Source of the DNA: Eledone cirrhosa
Lineage: Eukaryota
Length of the DNA stretch: 64,000 bases
Assembly: GCA_964016885.1 (NCBI GenBank)
Contig: OZ024742.1
Coordinates: 275,590,001-275,654,000 of the forward strand
Direction of reading: 5' to 3'
Both the position numbers and the translations under genes were made by a program. The notes under the pieces are model-generated. The model saw only the letters and a list, made by a program, of their open reading frames with translations, ran no database searches and had not been told where the DNA came from. Below are positions 36,556 through 49,012 of the stretch, piece after piece. Each line of letters begins with the position of its first letter. Position 1 is the first letter of the stretch.

Positions 36556-36595
36556 TCTATTACCGGTTTCTGCATTTATATGCATTATCAAATGA
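36556..36595 (-). ncRNA. Hammerhead candidate with U3-A8 core
   Basis: TCAT TTGATAA TGCAT-ATAA-ATGCA GAAA CCGG TA ATAGA; stem I imperfect. Confidence 0.5.
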
Positions 36596-37226
36596 TAGTG
36601 AAATGTATTAGTGTGGTGTCGCACATGTTAAACAGAAGGTGCAGAAAGAATAATGTTATATACAAACAAGGTTTAAGAAGTGAAAATAAAAAAGAAAAAG
36701 GAAGAAAAAAACGTGCATAATGTGGAACGTAAAAAGTCAATGTGGAAGAAAAAATAATGTTATTTACAAGCACAGTCATTGAAGTTAAGCAGTTCAAAAT
36801 GTGTTAATATCGCAAGAGTGCTTAGTTGAACCATGGTTTCTGAAGGAGGCAAATGGTGGACTGTGGTTTGATATGATTTCCCCTTTTAGAGAGTTAATAT
36901 GCAGGGGGAAGCAATTCTTGCTGGGTGATATTTAATTTATTTAAGAAAAAGGATTAGGTAGGGTGTGAGAGAGGTAACTCTTGTAAATGTTTGATGGTTT
37001 GTTGCAGTTTTAGATTGGTCCGATTTTTAGGGCATTGAGTAGTGGTTGAAATTTATTAATGAAATGTGTTTTAATAAATTTAGTTTCCATTTATTCAATA
37101 TCATTGTATATATATATACATATATATATATATATGAGGTAGAAGCTGCTAAATAGTCGGTCGTCCTCTTGTCTCTGATTTTCAGCCCATGGATTTTATC
37201 TGTTATATTCCTTTGTTATATTTTGA

Positions 37227-37284
37227 ATACCTGATGATATCACCGAATTCATACTGAACCCGGTCATTGAAATGATCATAGTAT
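37227..37284 (+). ncRNA. Type I hammerhead, same family as 36114
   Basis: ATAC CTGATGA...GAAA TGATCA TA GTAT. Confidence 0.7.
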
Positions 37285-37324
37285 AATAAATTCTGTCAAT
37301 CGAGTGGTTATTGATTAGACGATA

Positions 37325-37435
37325 CCCGCTGATGAAGCCACATGCGTCTATTATGCATTGTTGCATAATATATGCAGACAGATGGTGCGATGCACCCAAC
37401 TGCTGCATTAAGTGTGGCCGAAACTCGCGTTAGGG
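37325..37435 (+). ncRNA. Type I hammerhead with extended stem II
   Basis: CCCG CTGATGA AGCCACA...TGTGGCC GAAA CTCGCG TT AGGG; internal hairpin TATTATGCA/TGCATAATA. Confidence 0.6.
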
Positions 37436-37632
37436 ACCTACTTTAGGTACCCGTTTACACGTGTTGTATTGAAGCGAATAACTATGTGTAAACTGTGGGA
37501 GTGTATATCAAATTACCTATTGAGTACGCTGAGATGCAACCGGTCCTAGAATTGATACCTATGCTGGGTCCGTCAACTTCTTATTATATATATAGAGAGA
37601 GAGAGAGAGATACATATATATATAATAATAAT

Positions 37633-37651
37633 AATAATATATAATATATAT

Positions 37652-37716
<65 letters not shown>

Positions 37717-40700
37717 TTTCTTTATTGGCCACAAGGGCTGACATTAAGAAAAAACATTACAGACGGCACAGGACGGTACAGGACGGTACAATGTGGGTTT
37801 TGTGCGTGTAAATATTTTTATTATTTATATAAGAAAAGAAAAAAGAAGGACGTAGAACATATATATATATAAACAATAAAAATGAAAAGTGAAACAATGA
37901 AAAATTCCCCAATAGGGGGGAAAGCTCCGAGGGTTACTCGTGGCGAAAACCACACAAGAGACCACGGCTACCCTGACCACCAGGGCAAGCGGCCGCTCTC
38001 AATTTTTCTATTTCTAAAACTACAGACGTATATTCAGAGCGGTCCCGTTCACTCGGACCATTCTCGCTACATTCACCCACCTTTCAACAAACTTGTTAGA
38101 AGGGAGCACTTGCCTCTCCACCCTGATTTTCCTCTTCAAGTGAAACTTGAAAAAATTAATTAGGGATTCGCCGAAGAGGAAAGTGTCTGTCTTTAACCCT
38201 TTCAACCTTGTCCACCACACAATCTCTTTCGCCATGGCCACCAGGCAGATGAAAACCTCCTGCCCTTCCTCCTCGAAGGAAGACGGCGAGACCATCTGCA
38301 CAATGGACTCAGTCGATAACCGGATCAGTCCTACACGCAACAGCAACTGTTCGACATAGCTCCACAAGTCAGCAATGCTCGGACACTGAACGAGTGCGTG
38401 CACGACGGTTTCGTCGCTCTGCGCGCATCTCGGACAGGATCGGCTGACGGCACTTCCGTGCCTGTAGAGCTTATCTCGAACGGGCAGCGCTCCCCAGTAG
38501 CACTGCCAGGCCAGGGATTTTTTGGAAGTTATCCATAGGCTCTGGGCTGAAAGTTCTCCGGAAGAGAGCAAACAGCTGATCTTCTTCGACGCCCAGGATC
38601 TCTCCGAGAACGTCGTCGCTCTTCCCCTCCCCTAGTCCTCTATAGAACGCCGAGGTGGATGTTTCACCGATACTGGTGCCCAGTTTTCAAGCGCTATCCC
38701 TCGGTCTTTTTCTGACCCAGGACTGCAGCTCCGCCAAGGATACGAGCTGTGGGAAAACGTGCCTGGCGAACGGCGACCACACCTGTTCACCGTCAAGGAA
38801 GCACCAGAGATGTCGCAGCCTCAGCGCATGTTTGCGCATCATCAGCCATGGCATGCCCAGTCCTCCACGCAACGGGTGTTGACAGCAGATGGATCGTCTG
38901 ACCATGGGAGCGCGTCCTTTCCACAAAAAGCGGAAGAGGAGGCGCTCCATTTTGGTGAGAGATGGGCCGAAGCAAGGGACAACGGTGAGGCGGTAGCAGA
39001 TGACGGATGCGATGTACGCATTCGCCACCTCCGCCCGGCCTTTCAGGGACAGCTTCCTCTCGGCCCTTTTCTGGATGAGGGAGGCCACCTTGCTCGTCAC
39101 CTCGTTCCAGTTTTTCTCCATCTGGAGGTCCGGTCCGAACCAGACCTCGAGCAATTTAACCGGTCCGTCCGTCCAACACCCCACGACGCTGTCGGACGGC
39201 ATGGACTTGCTTCTCCAGGTGCCGAGCTGCAAGCCCACCGACTTTTCCTGGTTTATCTTTGCTCCTGTCACCGCTTCGTATTCCTTGAAAGCGGTGCCGA
39301 GCATCTGGACGTGTGTCGTACTCGACACCACCACGCTGACGTCGTCAGCGTAAGCCAACTCGGATTTCCCGCATCCTAGTTCGCGTGGGACGCCCCTCAT
39401 CTCCCCCAGTTTGTGGGCCAATACGTACAAGAGGGACGAGAGGGGACAACCCTGGCGGACTGAGCGCATGATGCTGAACAGCTGCGACAGGTGGCCGTTC
39501 ACCCTCAGAATTGAGCAGATGTCGCTGTACATCGCTGCGATCCAACCCCTGAAAACGGGCCCGAGACCGGCTGCCTCGAGGACCGCCGCCAGGTACCGAT
39601 GGTCGACCCTATCGAATGCTTTGGATTGATCCAAGTTGATCAGGGCCCCACCCGTGCCAGGTTCCTTAACCACCCTCTCTATGATGTATCGCATAAGGTG
39701 GAGGTTGTCGTGTATGGATCTGTCCGGAATGGCGCATATCTGCGCCTCTCCCACCAGACCCTTGACGACAACCGCCAACCTCGTTGCTAACACCTTGGCC
39801 AAAATCTTGAACTCTACGTTTAGCAGAGTTATAGGCCTGAAATTATCGATAACATCCCCCTTGTTCGGGTCTTTTGTCAGCAGCGCCACCGCTCCCCGGC
39901 TCACAAAACTGGGAAGGCTCCCGTTCTGCTGCCAGTTGCAGTAGACGTCTGCCAAGAGGTCACCGAACAAGTCTGGCATAAATGCATAAAGCTCGTAGGG
40001 CAGACCATCCAAACCTGGCGATGTACCCCTCGTGCAGTTAGCCATCGCTTCCCGTATTTCACCCGCTGTTATTGGCTTTTCGCAACACTGTGCTGCGGTC
40101 ATCGAGAGCCGAGGCAGTCCGTCGAGGTATGCACTGAAGTCCATGCCCCGATCCGGGCCGCCGCTGCTCCCGAACAATTCAGCAAAGTGCTGCTGAAAAG
40201 CTTCACACATCCGCTCGGGTTCGAGCATCACGCACCCGTTTTGGTCAGACAAAGACTGAATTGTGGCTTTGTTGCCACGTCGCGCCTCTGCCACCAGGGC
40301 CCATTGGGCGGCTTTTGTCCCCTCGTGTTTCAGAGCACGTGCTCTAGCTCTGACAACGCAGCCTTCATGTTTTGCGTTGAAGAATTGGTCGAGTGCCAAT
40401 CTCGCCGCAAGCACGTCGGTTGCGATGCCTGTCCTAAACGCCTCTTCTAGCTTTCTAACTAGCTCTCCCTCTACTCTATTTTCCTCTATCACTACTCCTT
40501 TGCTAAACCTGTTGTTGACGACCACTCCCGTCAACGCCCGCTCAACTAATACGCTAATCCGGTCTCTGTAGGCTTTGCGCCTCGGGAAAGACGTGTTCAG
40601 CTTCCAGTAACCGGGCCTTTGTCTATGAAGTCTGTCTATGTCGATCTTACAGATCACAAATTTGTAGTCTGTGTAGTCGACTATTTTAAATTGTGGACAA

Positions 40701-42066
40701 CTTACACTAGCCTTATCTAGTTCTCTGCAGAATACCCTATCGAGATACGATCGGGATGACCCGATTGGGTTTGTCCATGTCCACATTGGCACATTCGGGT
40801 AATCCAGTCGATACCTGTCAGACAGTTCAAAACGTCTGAACAGGTTGGTGAGGCTCTTGCACCCTCCTCCCCTATCCACTAGCCCCACACAATCCCAGCG
40901 TGCATCCAAGATACCGTTCCAGTCGCCCACTAACACTAAAGAGCGGGACGTTCCAAGACAGGTCTATAGACGTCTGAAGAAATCTGGCCGCCCTGACCCT
41001 GTTGGGGCGTAGACGGCTACTAGCCTGAAAGCATTGCCTTCGCTGCCGGTCACGTCCAGCACCACCGACTTACCTTCTGGGTCTAGGAAGATGGCCCGTA
41101 TAGCGAGATCCAAGCCTCTCCGAAAAAGGACCGCAACCCCTCCTCCCGATCCTGGACGGCTGGAAGATGCGTATACATCGTAGCTGCCGAAGATCGGTGC
41201 GAAGGCTCGTGCTCTCGGAGATTCTGGTCTCGCTGATGGCCACCACATCTATGTTTAGTGACCTGAGGTCGTTGAGCAGGTGACCCTGCTTCCAAGATGA
41301 CCCCAGGCCACGTGCCTTTATACTGCCTATTCTGAGTACGGCCATGTTGGATGAGAAACGGGGCAAGTGAAAAAGGGTCACTTACCTTGATCGTGTGGTG
41401 AAGGGACAGTAGAACCGTCCCTTTCGCTGGTCATGGGTGTTTCCAAGAGGATGTCAGTGTATATCCTCTTGGTAACCGATCATCTGAAATCGCAACTGCG
41501 TTGGGGAATTTTTGTTTTAAAGGTTTGTACTGTTCTATTGAGATTTCAATGATGCTTATGTTTGTCGGGAGAGTTCTTGGTGTTGGTGTGGTGTAGTAGT
41601 TTTTTTCTGTGATGTCTGTGTGCTGCTTTATATATTGTATGAGTTCTTTTTTTGCCATGTTTATGGCTGTGTACTTTTTGGGGGGATTTTGTTGCTGTTT
41701 TCTTCTTGTTGCTGTTTGTTTTGTTTGCGTTGGTGGTGTTTTTGGTGGTGTGGTTGTTGTTGTCAGTGGTGCTTGTGGTGGTGATGGTGATGGTGGTGGT
41801 GTTGCTGCAAGTTTCCTTGCTGCCTTTACCCCTCTTTGTATGCCTTCGCTTTTGGAGGGTGAATCTAAGAGTTTTTTTCTTTTTTCTTTTTTGTGGCAGA
41901 CCGTTTGCCACTTCACTCCCGCCTCAAACTCCATGTCGTATTCCGTGGCGTCCGGGAGGCGTATGTGATCCACGGCTGTTGGTGGTGGTAGTGGAGTCCT
42001 CTTCGGCAATTTTGTTGCTGGTGTAGCTACTTCAAATGTAGCTATTGGTGTTGCCGCCACTGATGA
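37633..42066 (-). mobile_element. Tx1/L1-clade LINE, 5'-truncated in ORF1, ORF2 frameshifted, (ATT)n tail
   Basis: APE motifs (IGSIKARGL, SET, VYAP, GDWN, YLDR); RT motifs (SPGLDG, FRPITLLN, LDQSKAFDRVDH, RQGCPLS, YADD); C-terminal CPRC..ETVVHALVQC; AATAAA just before the tail. Confidence 0.92.
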
Positions 42067-42552
42067 ACTTTACAACACCACCTGCCTCTTTGAGGTCAAA
42101 TACCAACCCTACTAGAATCTACAAACTGATCAATGAGAATTAAGATTATTCCTGCTCACAAAATTAAATTATTCCTAACAAGCTCATATGTCCCAAGGCT
42201 CTGATACAATCAACACCATAAACACAGAGCTGGCATATCTAAGAACTGACTAACTGCCTGGTGAGGTCATAGCTACTCAATGGCTATCATCGAAATATAT
42301 ATAGCAGTAAATAAAGGATTAATTATGAGTTCATGCAATTGACTTATGTTTCGTCACTATATATATATATATACATATATATTTATATATATATATATAT
42401 ATATATGTAGATAAATCTACCAAGAGTTTACGGTAGTGTCCAATCCGTATGAAGAACTCAATGTATTCCGGATATCATGGAAAGAAGAGATGTAATGAAA
42501 AATCACTTTCGGTGAAAGATAAACGGTATACAGAGTCAAGATAAAATATTAA

Positions 42553-44248
42553 ACAAATTGATATAGATAATTACTATTCTTCTATATCACCTATACTCCT
42601 GAACAAAGCATTGATATTTGCTAAAAATAGATCTAACTTAACTTTGGATGACATTAATATTATTACACATGCTAGACTAACACTTATTGAATTTCAGAAT
42701 GAATACTGGACCAGAAACACATATAGTAATCTATTTGATATTACTATGGGTTCAAGCGATTCCGCCCAAATTACTGATCTTGTGGGCCTCTTTCTCCTTT
42801 TCAACATAAATGCCTCCTTTCCCCACCTCAAAGGTGGTTTATATCGTGATGACTGTCTTCTTCTTTCTAACAACCTTAGCCTTTCAGAAATTGAAAAAAA
42901 CAAAAAACATATTAGAACTTTCCTTAAAGACTATTATAATCTTCATATTACTTTTGAAAAAACAAGTAAAGTAGTAAATTTCCTAGATATAACTTTAGAT
43001 TTAGCTACGGGTATCTACCAACCTTACCATAAACCAAACCAAAACTTACATTACATACACTCACAATCTAATCACCCTAAATCTATCCTTAAAAACCTTG
43101 CATATAATATATCACTTAGAATTTCTAACCTTTCTTCTAACCAAGATGTATTTGATAAAAATGCGACCTTCTATAACGAAGCTCTAGATAGATGTGGCCA
43201 CAAAAATAGATTAGAATATATACCTTCTACTAAAAATACTAAAAGCATACAACCTAATATTACCAACAAACACCAAATGAAAAGTACACACCTAAATGCC
43301 ACCCACACTATACCCCAAAATACCAAATCTTCTAATATAAAATATAGTAACTCTCAAAAAACTACTCATCATACAACTCTAATAAATATTAATAATAAAA
43401 CTCCTAATAAAAAAGATAAAACACCTAAATCTACAAATATAACTAAAAATGGTTGTGGTGAGATCATTAACATTAATCCTCCTAGTAAACATCACGATAC
43501 AACCTATAAAAATAATAAAAATAATAAACAACATAGAAACCGTAATAGACGGGTTACTTGGTATAATGCTCCATTTAATTTACAAATTAAGGATAATATT
43601 GCTAAAAAATTTTTTTATATCCTAGAGAAAAACTTCCCGCCAAACCACAAATACCATCAAATCTTAAATAGGTCTACAGTTAAATTCTCATACTCAACAA
43701 CAAATAACATAAAACAAAATATAAGTGCCTATAATGCATATAAATGTAAGAAAACCATAAGTATACCACCAATACATCAAATTAACCATAATATCTCCTC
43801 AAATACAGAATTAACGAAAGGTTGTAACTGTAGAAACAAAGCAAACTGCCCATTAAAAGGGAATTGTCTTGTTAACAACATAGTCTATAAATGTAATGTT
43901 AAAACTAAAGATTCTATTTGCTCATATATAGGAGCTACTTCTAACAATTTTAAGACAAGGTTTAATACCCACAAGCATAGTTTTAAAAATGCCACACTGG
44001 CTAATACAACATCTCTAGCAGAAAAAATCAATAGTTATAAAAATAAGAATATAGAATATGATTTGACCTGGAGTGTGCTCAAAAGAGCCACCCCTTATCA
44101 AAATAATAGAAATGAATGTAGATTATGTTCCCAAGAACTATTTGAAATAATGAAATCTAAAGATATCCTATTAAATAAACGACAGGAATTAATTATATCG
44201 TGTAATCATAAACTAAAAAAAACATTTAAATATTATAAACCTAATTAA
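42553..44248 (+). mobile_element. Naiad-type PLE, 5'-truncated ORF (RT C-half + GIY-YIG)
   Basis: FDITMGSSDSAQITDLVG, GLYRDD, WYNAPF, CNCRNKANCPLKGNCL, IVY..YIGAT, CRLC, CNH. Confidence 0.9.
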
Positions 44249-44699
44249 TAACATTATTCTAGAAATTAATATATAATTTAATTTAAATGTTAGTTAACCT
44301 ATAAATTTAATTTAATTAAAATTCTACTACAGATGAGAATATAAAATATTGTGTAATCATAAATTGTGAAAAACCTTTAAATATTACTAATATATACTTA
44401 GTAATTTAATTTATAGATTAATTTTAATTTATTTAACCCTTTATTAAAATTCCTTTACAGATAAAATATAACAAAATATCGTGTATCCAATGACAGAGAA
44501 ATAATTTTTAGTATTATAGACCTAATTAATATACATTTTAGAAATATATTTATAATTTGGTTTTAAATTTAGTCAACCTAAAAATTTAATTTAATTGGCT
44601 TAAAATTAGTATCCTAATACAGACGGATTGCAGAGTGTCATGTAATCATAGAATGGGATGTGTTTTGGATGTATACCTAGTTAATATATTTTTTGAAAA

Positions 44700-44741
44700 A
44701 ATATGTATATGTATGTATGTATATGTATGTGTATGTATGTA

Positions 44742-44786
<45 letters not shown>

Positions 44787-45518
44787 ATGTATATGTATAT
44801 GTATATGCATTAATTTTGATTTCTATTTGCATATAATTATATTCTGCTATTGATAAAATACAATATCTGTTTTATTTATTATATACCTAATTAACATATA
44901 CTATAGAAATTAATATATAATTTTTAATTTAGTTAACCTATAATTTATATTCTACTACCGATGTAATACTTTATTTGTTTTTTCCCTATTACTAAATTCA
45001 TTTCCTAATATTGATACCATAACGTTAATAACTTTAATTTAGTTATACTATAATTAATACTCTACTACTATTTAACTTCAAAATTCTGCTTCAAATATTA
45101 TAAACCTAACTAATTTACACCTTAGAAATCAATATGTTAACTATCTTTAGTTTAGTTAACATATAATTAATGGTATACTTATTTTGAAATGCATAATTTT
45201 GCCTTATTTCTTGCATTTCCTAACACTGAAACTATGTAAAAACATATATTGAGATCCAAATACAGATTAATATTCTATGTTTCTTGAAACATATATTTAC
45301 TATAATCCCCTTCTCCACTCCCCCCCCTTTCCCCCATACTATTATTATCATCTGTGTTTGTAAGCGTGTATGTATGAATATATATGTAGGTAGGTGTATA
45401 TATGTTTGGGTGTTTATATCTGAGTATAAAAATACATATATGCGCATGCAAATAAGAATGTATGATTGTGTGTATATATATGTGTATATATATATATGTG
45501 TATATATGCATGTGTATA

Positions 45519-45549
<31 letters not shown>

Positions 45550-46414
45550 GTGTATATGTGTATATGTGTGTGGGCGTGTATGTGTGTGTATATATATATA
45601 TATGTGTGTATGTATGTGTATGTATATATGTGTATGTATATGTATGTCTCTCTCTATATATATGTCTATCTTCGTATCTATGTGGGTATATGTGTGTATG
45701 TACATGTATGCACATGTATGTGTTTATGTGTATATGTGTGTATGTGTATATATGTACGTGTGCGCACATATATATGTGAGTGTGTGTGTGTGTGTGTATA
45801 TATATATATGTATATCTATGTGTGTATATATGTATATATTCGTATGTGTATATATATATATATTATTTATTATTATAATATAACTTATGTGTATATGTAT
45901 ATATGTGAGGGTGTGTATATGTATATATGTGTATATATATATGTAAAAATATATATGTGTATGTTTGTTTTTTGTGTGTATGTATATATATGTATGTATA
46001 TATGTGTGTATGTATGTGTTTGTATGTGTGTTTATGGTTGTATGTGTGTGTGTGTGTGTATATATATAAATGTATGTGTATATATATATATATATGTGTA
46101 TATGTATCTCTATTAATGTGTGTATATATGTATATGTATATACCTTTTTCTTTGTATGTCTGAGTTGTGTGAGAGTGTAGTGGTGTTTGTATGTATATAC
46201 GCATATATGGATGCGTATGTATTTGTATATATGCGTATGTGTAAGTGCGTATGTGTGTATGAATATATATCTATGTCTATGTATGAGTATGTATGTGTGT
46301 GTATGTATGTTGTGTGTGTATGTATGTGTGTGTGTATGTGTGTATATATATATATATATATGTGTGTATATGTATGTATGTGTATGTATGTACATATATG
46401 TGTATGTATATGTG

Positions 46415-46448
<34 letters not shown>

Positions 46449-46645
46449 TATATCTTTATTTTATATATATGTGTGTGTGTGTATGTGTGTGTGTATATAT
46501 ATCTTTATATATGTGTATGTGTATGTTTGTGTAGGTGTATGTGTGTATGACTATATATGTATGTGTGTATGTGTGTATGTATGTATGTGTATGTGTGTGT
46601 ACATGTATGTATGTGTATGTATATATATGTGTGTATATATGTATG

Positions 46646-46681
<36 letters not shown>

Positions 46682-46964
46682 TGTATATGTATCTCTATTT
46701 GTATGTGTATATGTGTATATGTATATACCTTTTTCTTTGTATGTCTGAGTTGTGTGAGAGTGTAGTGGTGTTTGTATGTATATACCGATATATGGATGCG
46801 TAAGTATTTGTGTGTATGTATGTATGTATGTCTGTATGTATATGTGTGTATATATAGGTATGTATGTGTATGTCTGTATGTATATAAGTATGTATGTGTA
46901 TGTATATGTGCGTGTATGTGTATATATATGTGTGTCTATATATGTGTGTGTGTATATATGTGTA

Positions 46965-47011
<47 letters not shown>

Positions 47012-47078
47012 ATATGTGTGTATGTATGTATATGTATATGTTTATATATGTGTGTGTGTGTGTGTGTTGTATGTGTAG

Positions 47079-47127
<49 letters not shown>

Positions 47128-47500
47128 CTTGATATATTTCTTTTTTCTTTTTTCTTTTTCTTTTCTTTTCTTTTTATTTCTTAGTTTATAGATACATCTA
47201 TAAATAAGCAGTCTGCCCAAACCGTTGAATACTGACCTCTCCCCCCCCCCTCCCACCTAATTTCTGTATCTTGATCTAAATGTGTGTGGCAGTGTTTATG
47301 TGAGTGAATTAATATCCATGTGCTTATGATAATATTATATCCACATATATATGTGTGTGGGGGTGTGTGTGTGTATGTATGTTCGTAATTATGTGTATGT
47401 TTATGCATATACGCGCGCGTGTGTGTGAGTGTACGGATATGTGTGAGTATGAGAATATGTGTATACACTTATTTCATATTTATGTGTCTATACGCATTTT
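44700..47500. repeat. TA/TG-rich low-complexity tract with internal duplication (46130-46215 vs 46715-46800)
   Basis: Seen directly. Confidence 0.9.
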
Positions 47501-47740
47501 ATCTGTGGATTATAAACTTACAGAGACATTAGCCTTGAAATTTTGTATTTGCATGCATCTTTTTGGCATGCGTATGCATGTTGAGCATATATTTTTGTAT
47601 AAATATGTGTACGGGTTTAGTTACATGTATATACACACACCAAACTGCATAAAACCTTTTGTATTTTCATTGGTCAATTTTGAACTCCGTTCCCAAACGG
47701 ACCTGAAATTTTGATTTGTTGTTATTATCAATAAATATAT

Positions 47741-47895
47741 TTCATTATTTCTGAAGACGGCATATATGTGTGTTTGGTATGTATATTTAATCTTGATAGT
47801 TTGTATAATTTTGTATAATTTTGTACATAGATCTGTTGAATATGCATGCCAATTCTAACACATATATATCCTAGAAACGATCGTTAAATAATGAA
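47741..47895 (+). ncRNA. Type I hammerhead with 10-bp stem I and ~115-nt stem II
   Basis: TTCATTATTT CTGAAGA ... GAAA CGATCG TT AAATAATGAA. Confidence 0.8.
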
Positions 47896-47949
47896 CTTTT
47901 TTTGTTTAATATAAGGAACTGTTTCATTGTTTTATTCATTATTTGTTTA

Positions 47950-48042
<93 letters not shown>

Positions 48043-48146
48043 AGGGGGTGTAACTAGGAGTTACTGCAGGTTCACCCGGGTGAGCACTCGATGTTTAGGT
48101 TTACTTCTGTGATGATGTGTAGAGCTATACAGAGTGTAATATATAG

Positions 48147-48453
48147 AAAGGATAAAAAGGACGATTGATTATTCCTTCATTGCATTTATTGATAGGTGAC
48201 GCCCGTTTCGCTACTGATCAGCTCAAGGTTCGATCTATATCGATCCTACCCGACTCAATAATCCGCAGCTCGACGGACCTTCTTAAAATGCTATGTATTT
48301 CATTTTCTTATAGCATTTTAAGAAGGTCCGTCGAGCTGCGGATTATTGAGTCGGGTAGGATCGATATAGATCGAACCTTGAGCTGATCAGTGGCGAAACA
48401 CGCGTCACCTATCAATAAATGCAATGAAGGAATAATCAATCGTCCTTTTTATC

Positions 48454-48457
<4 letters not shown>
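48147..48457. repeat. Inverted repeat, ~148-bp arms with 15-nt spacer; each arm has a degenerate hammerhead-like fold
   Basis: Arms 48147-48294 and 48310-48457; motif AGGT CCGTCGA GCTGC...GTGGC GAAA CACGCG TC ACCT. Confidence 0.9.
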
Positions 48458-48529
<72 letters not shown>

Positions 48530-49012
48530 ATTTCTTTTCTCTCGCACGCTCGGCCAACCTGGTCGAAATTTTTCTCTCTCTCGTCTGCGATTTCACAGAA
48601 CTTATGTTTACCGAATTCGCAGACTAGACCTCTTCTTCCCCCCGTTAGACCTGTGCGAAATTCCTTCCTTGCTCACATTTCAACCAGGTTTGATGGTCTT
48701 TATTCTCTCGTTCACGATTTCACCGAATTTAAATTCATAGAAATTTGGGACTTGTCTCTTTCTTCCTCACTTTCTGTTGCTTCACCATTTTGTTTGTTTA
48801 CACTCGTGTCCCCTTTATTTACGTGTCCCAACGACTTTTTTTAGCCGTTGCTCGCACCAACCGGAGGTATATGGTCTTTAAAGCGATGAAATGCCTAAGA
48901 TGGTTGGAAGATCACTGACGAAGGACCCACTTTTTTCATATGTAACCCATTTGCAACGCCGCAGCTCCATTATTATCATATATATATATATATATATATA
49001 TTTATTTATATA

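Noticed and set aside
42336-42360. Minus-strand GAC GAAA CATAAG TC half-hammerhead
   Set aside because: The 5' half is replaced by (TA)n, so it cannot be called.
44635-47714. Many YI/CV/HT-rich ORFs here and at 1759-2218, 23423-24079, 54864-55584
   Set aside because: Translations of TA/TG microsatellites.
48911-48930. CTGACGA followed by GGACC
   Set aside because: No matching GAAA or stem II 3' half; at most a truncated motif.
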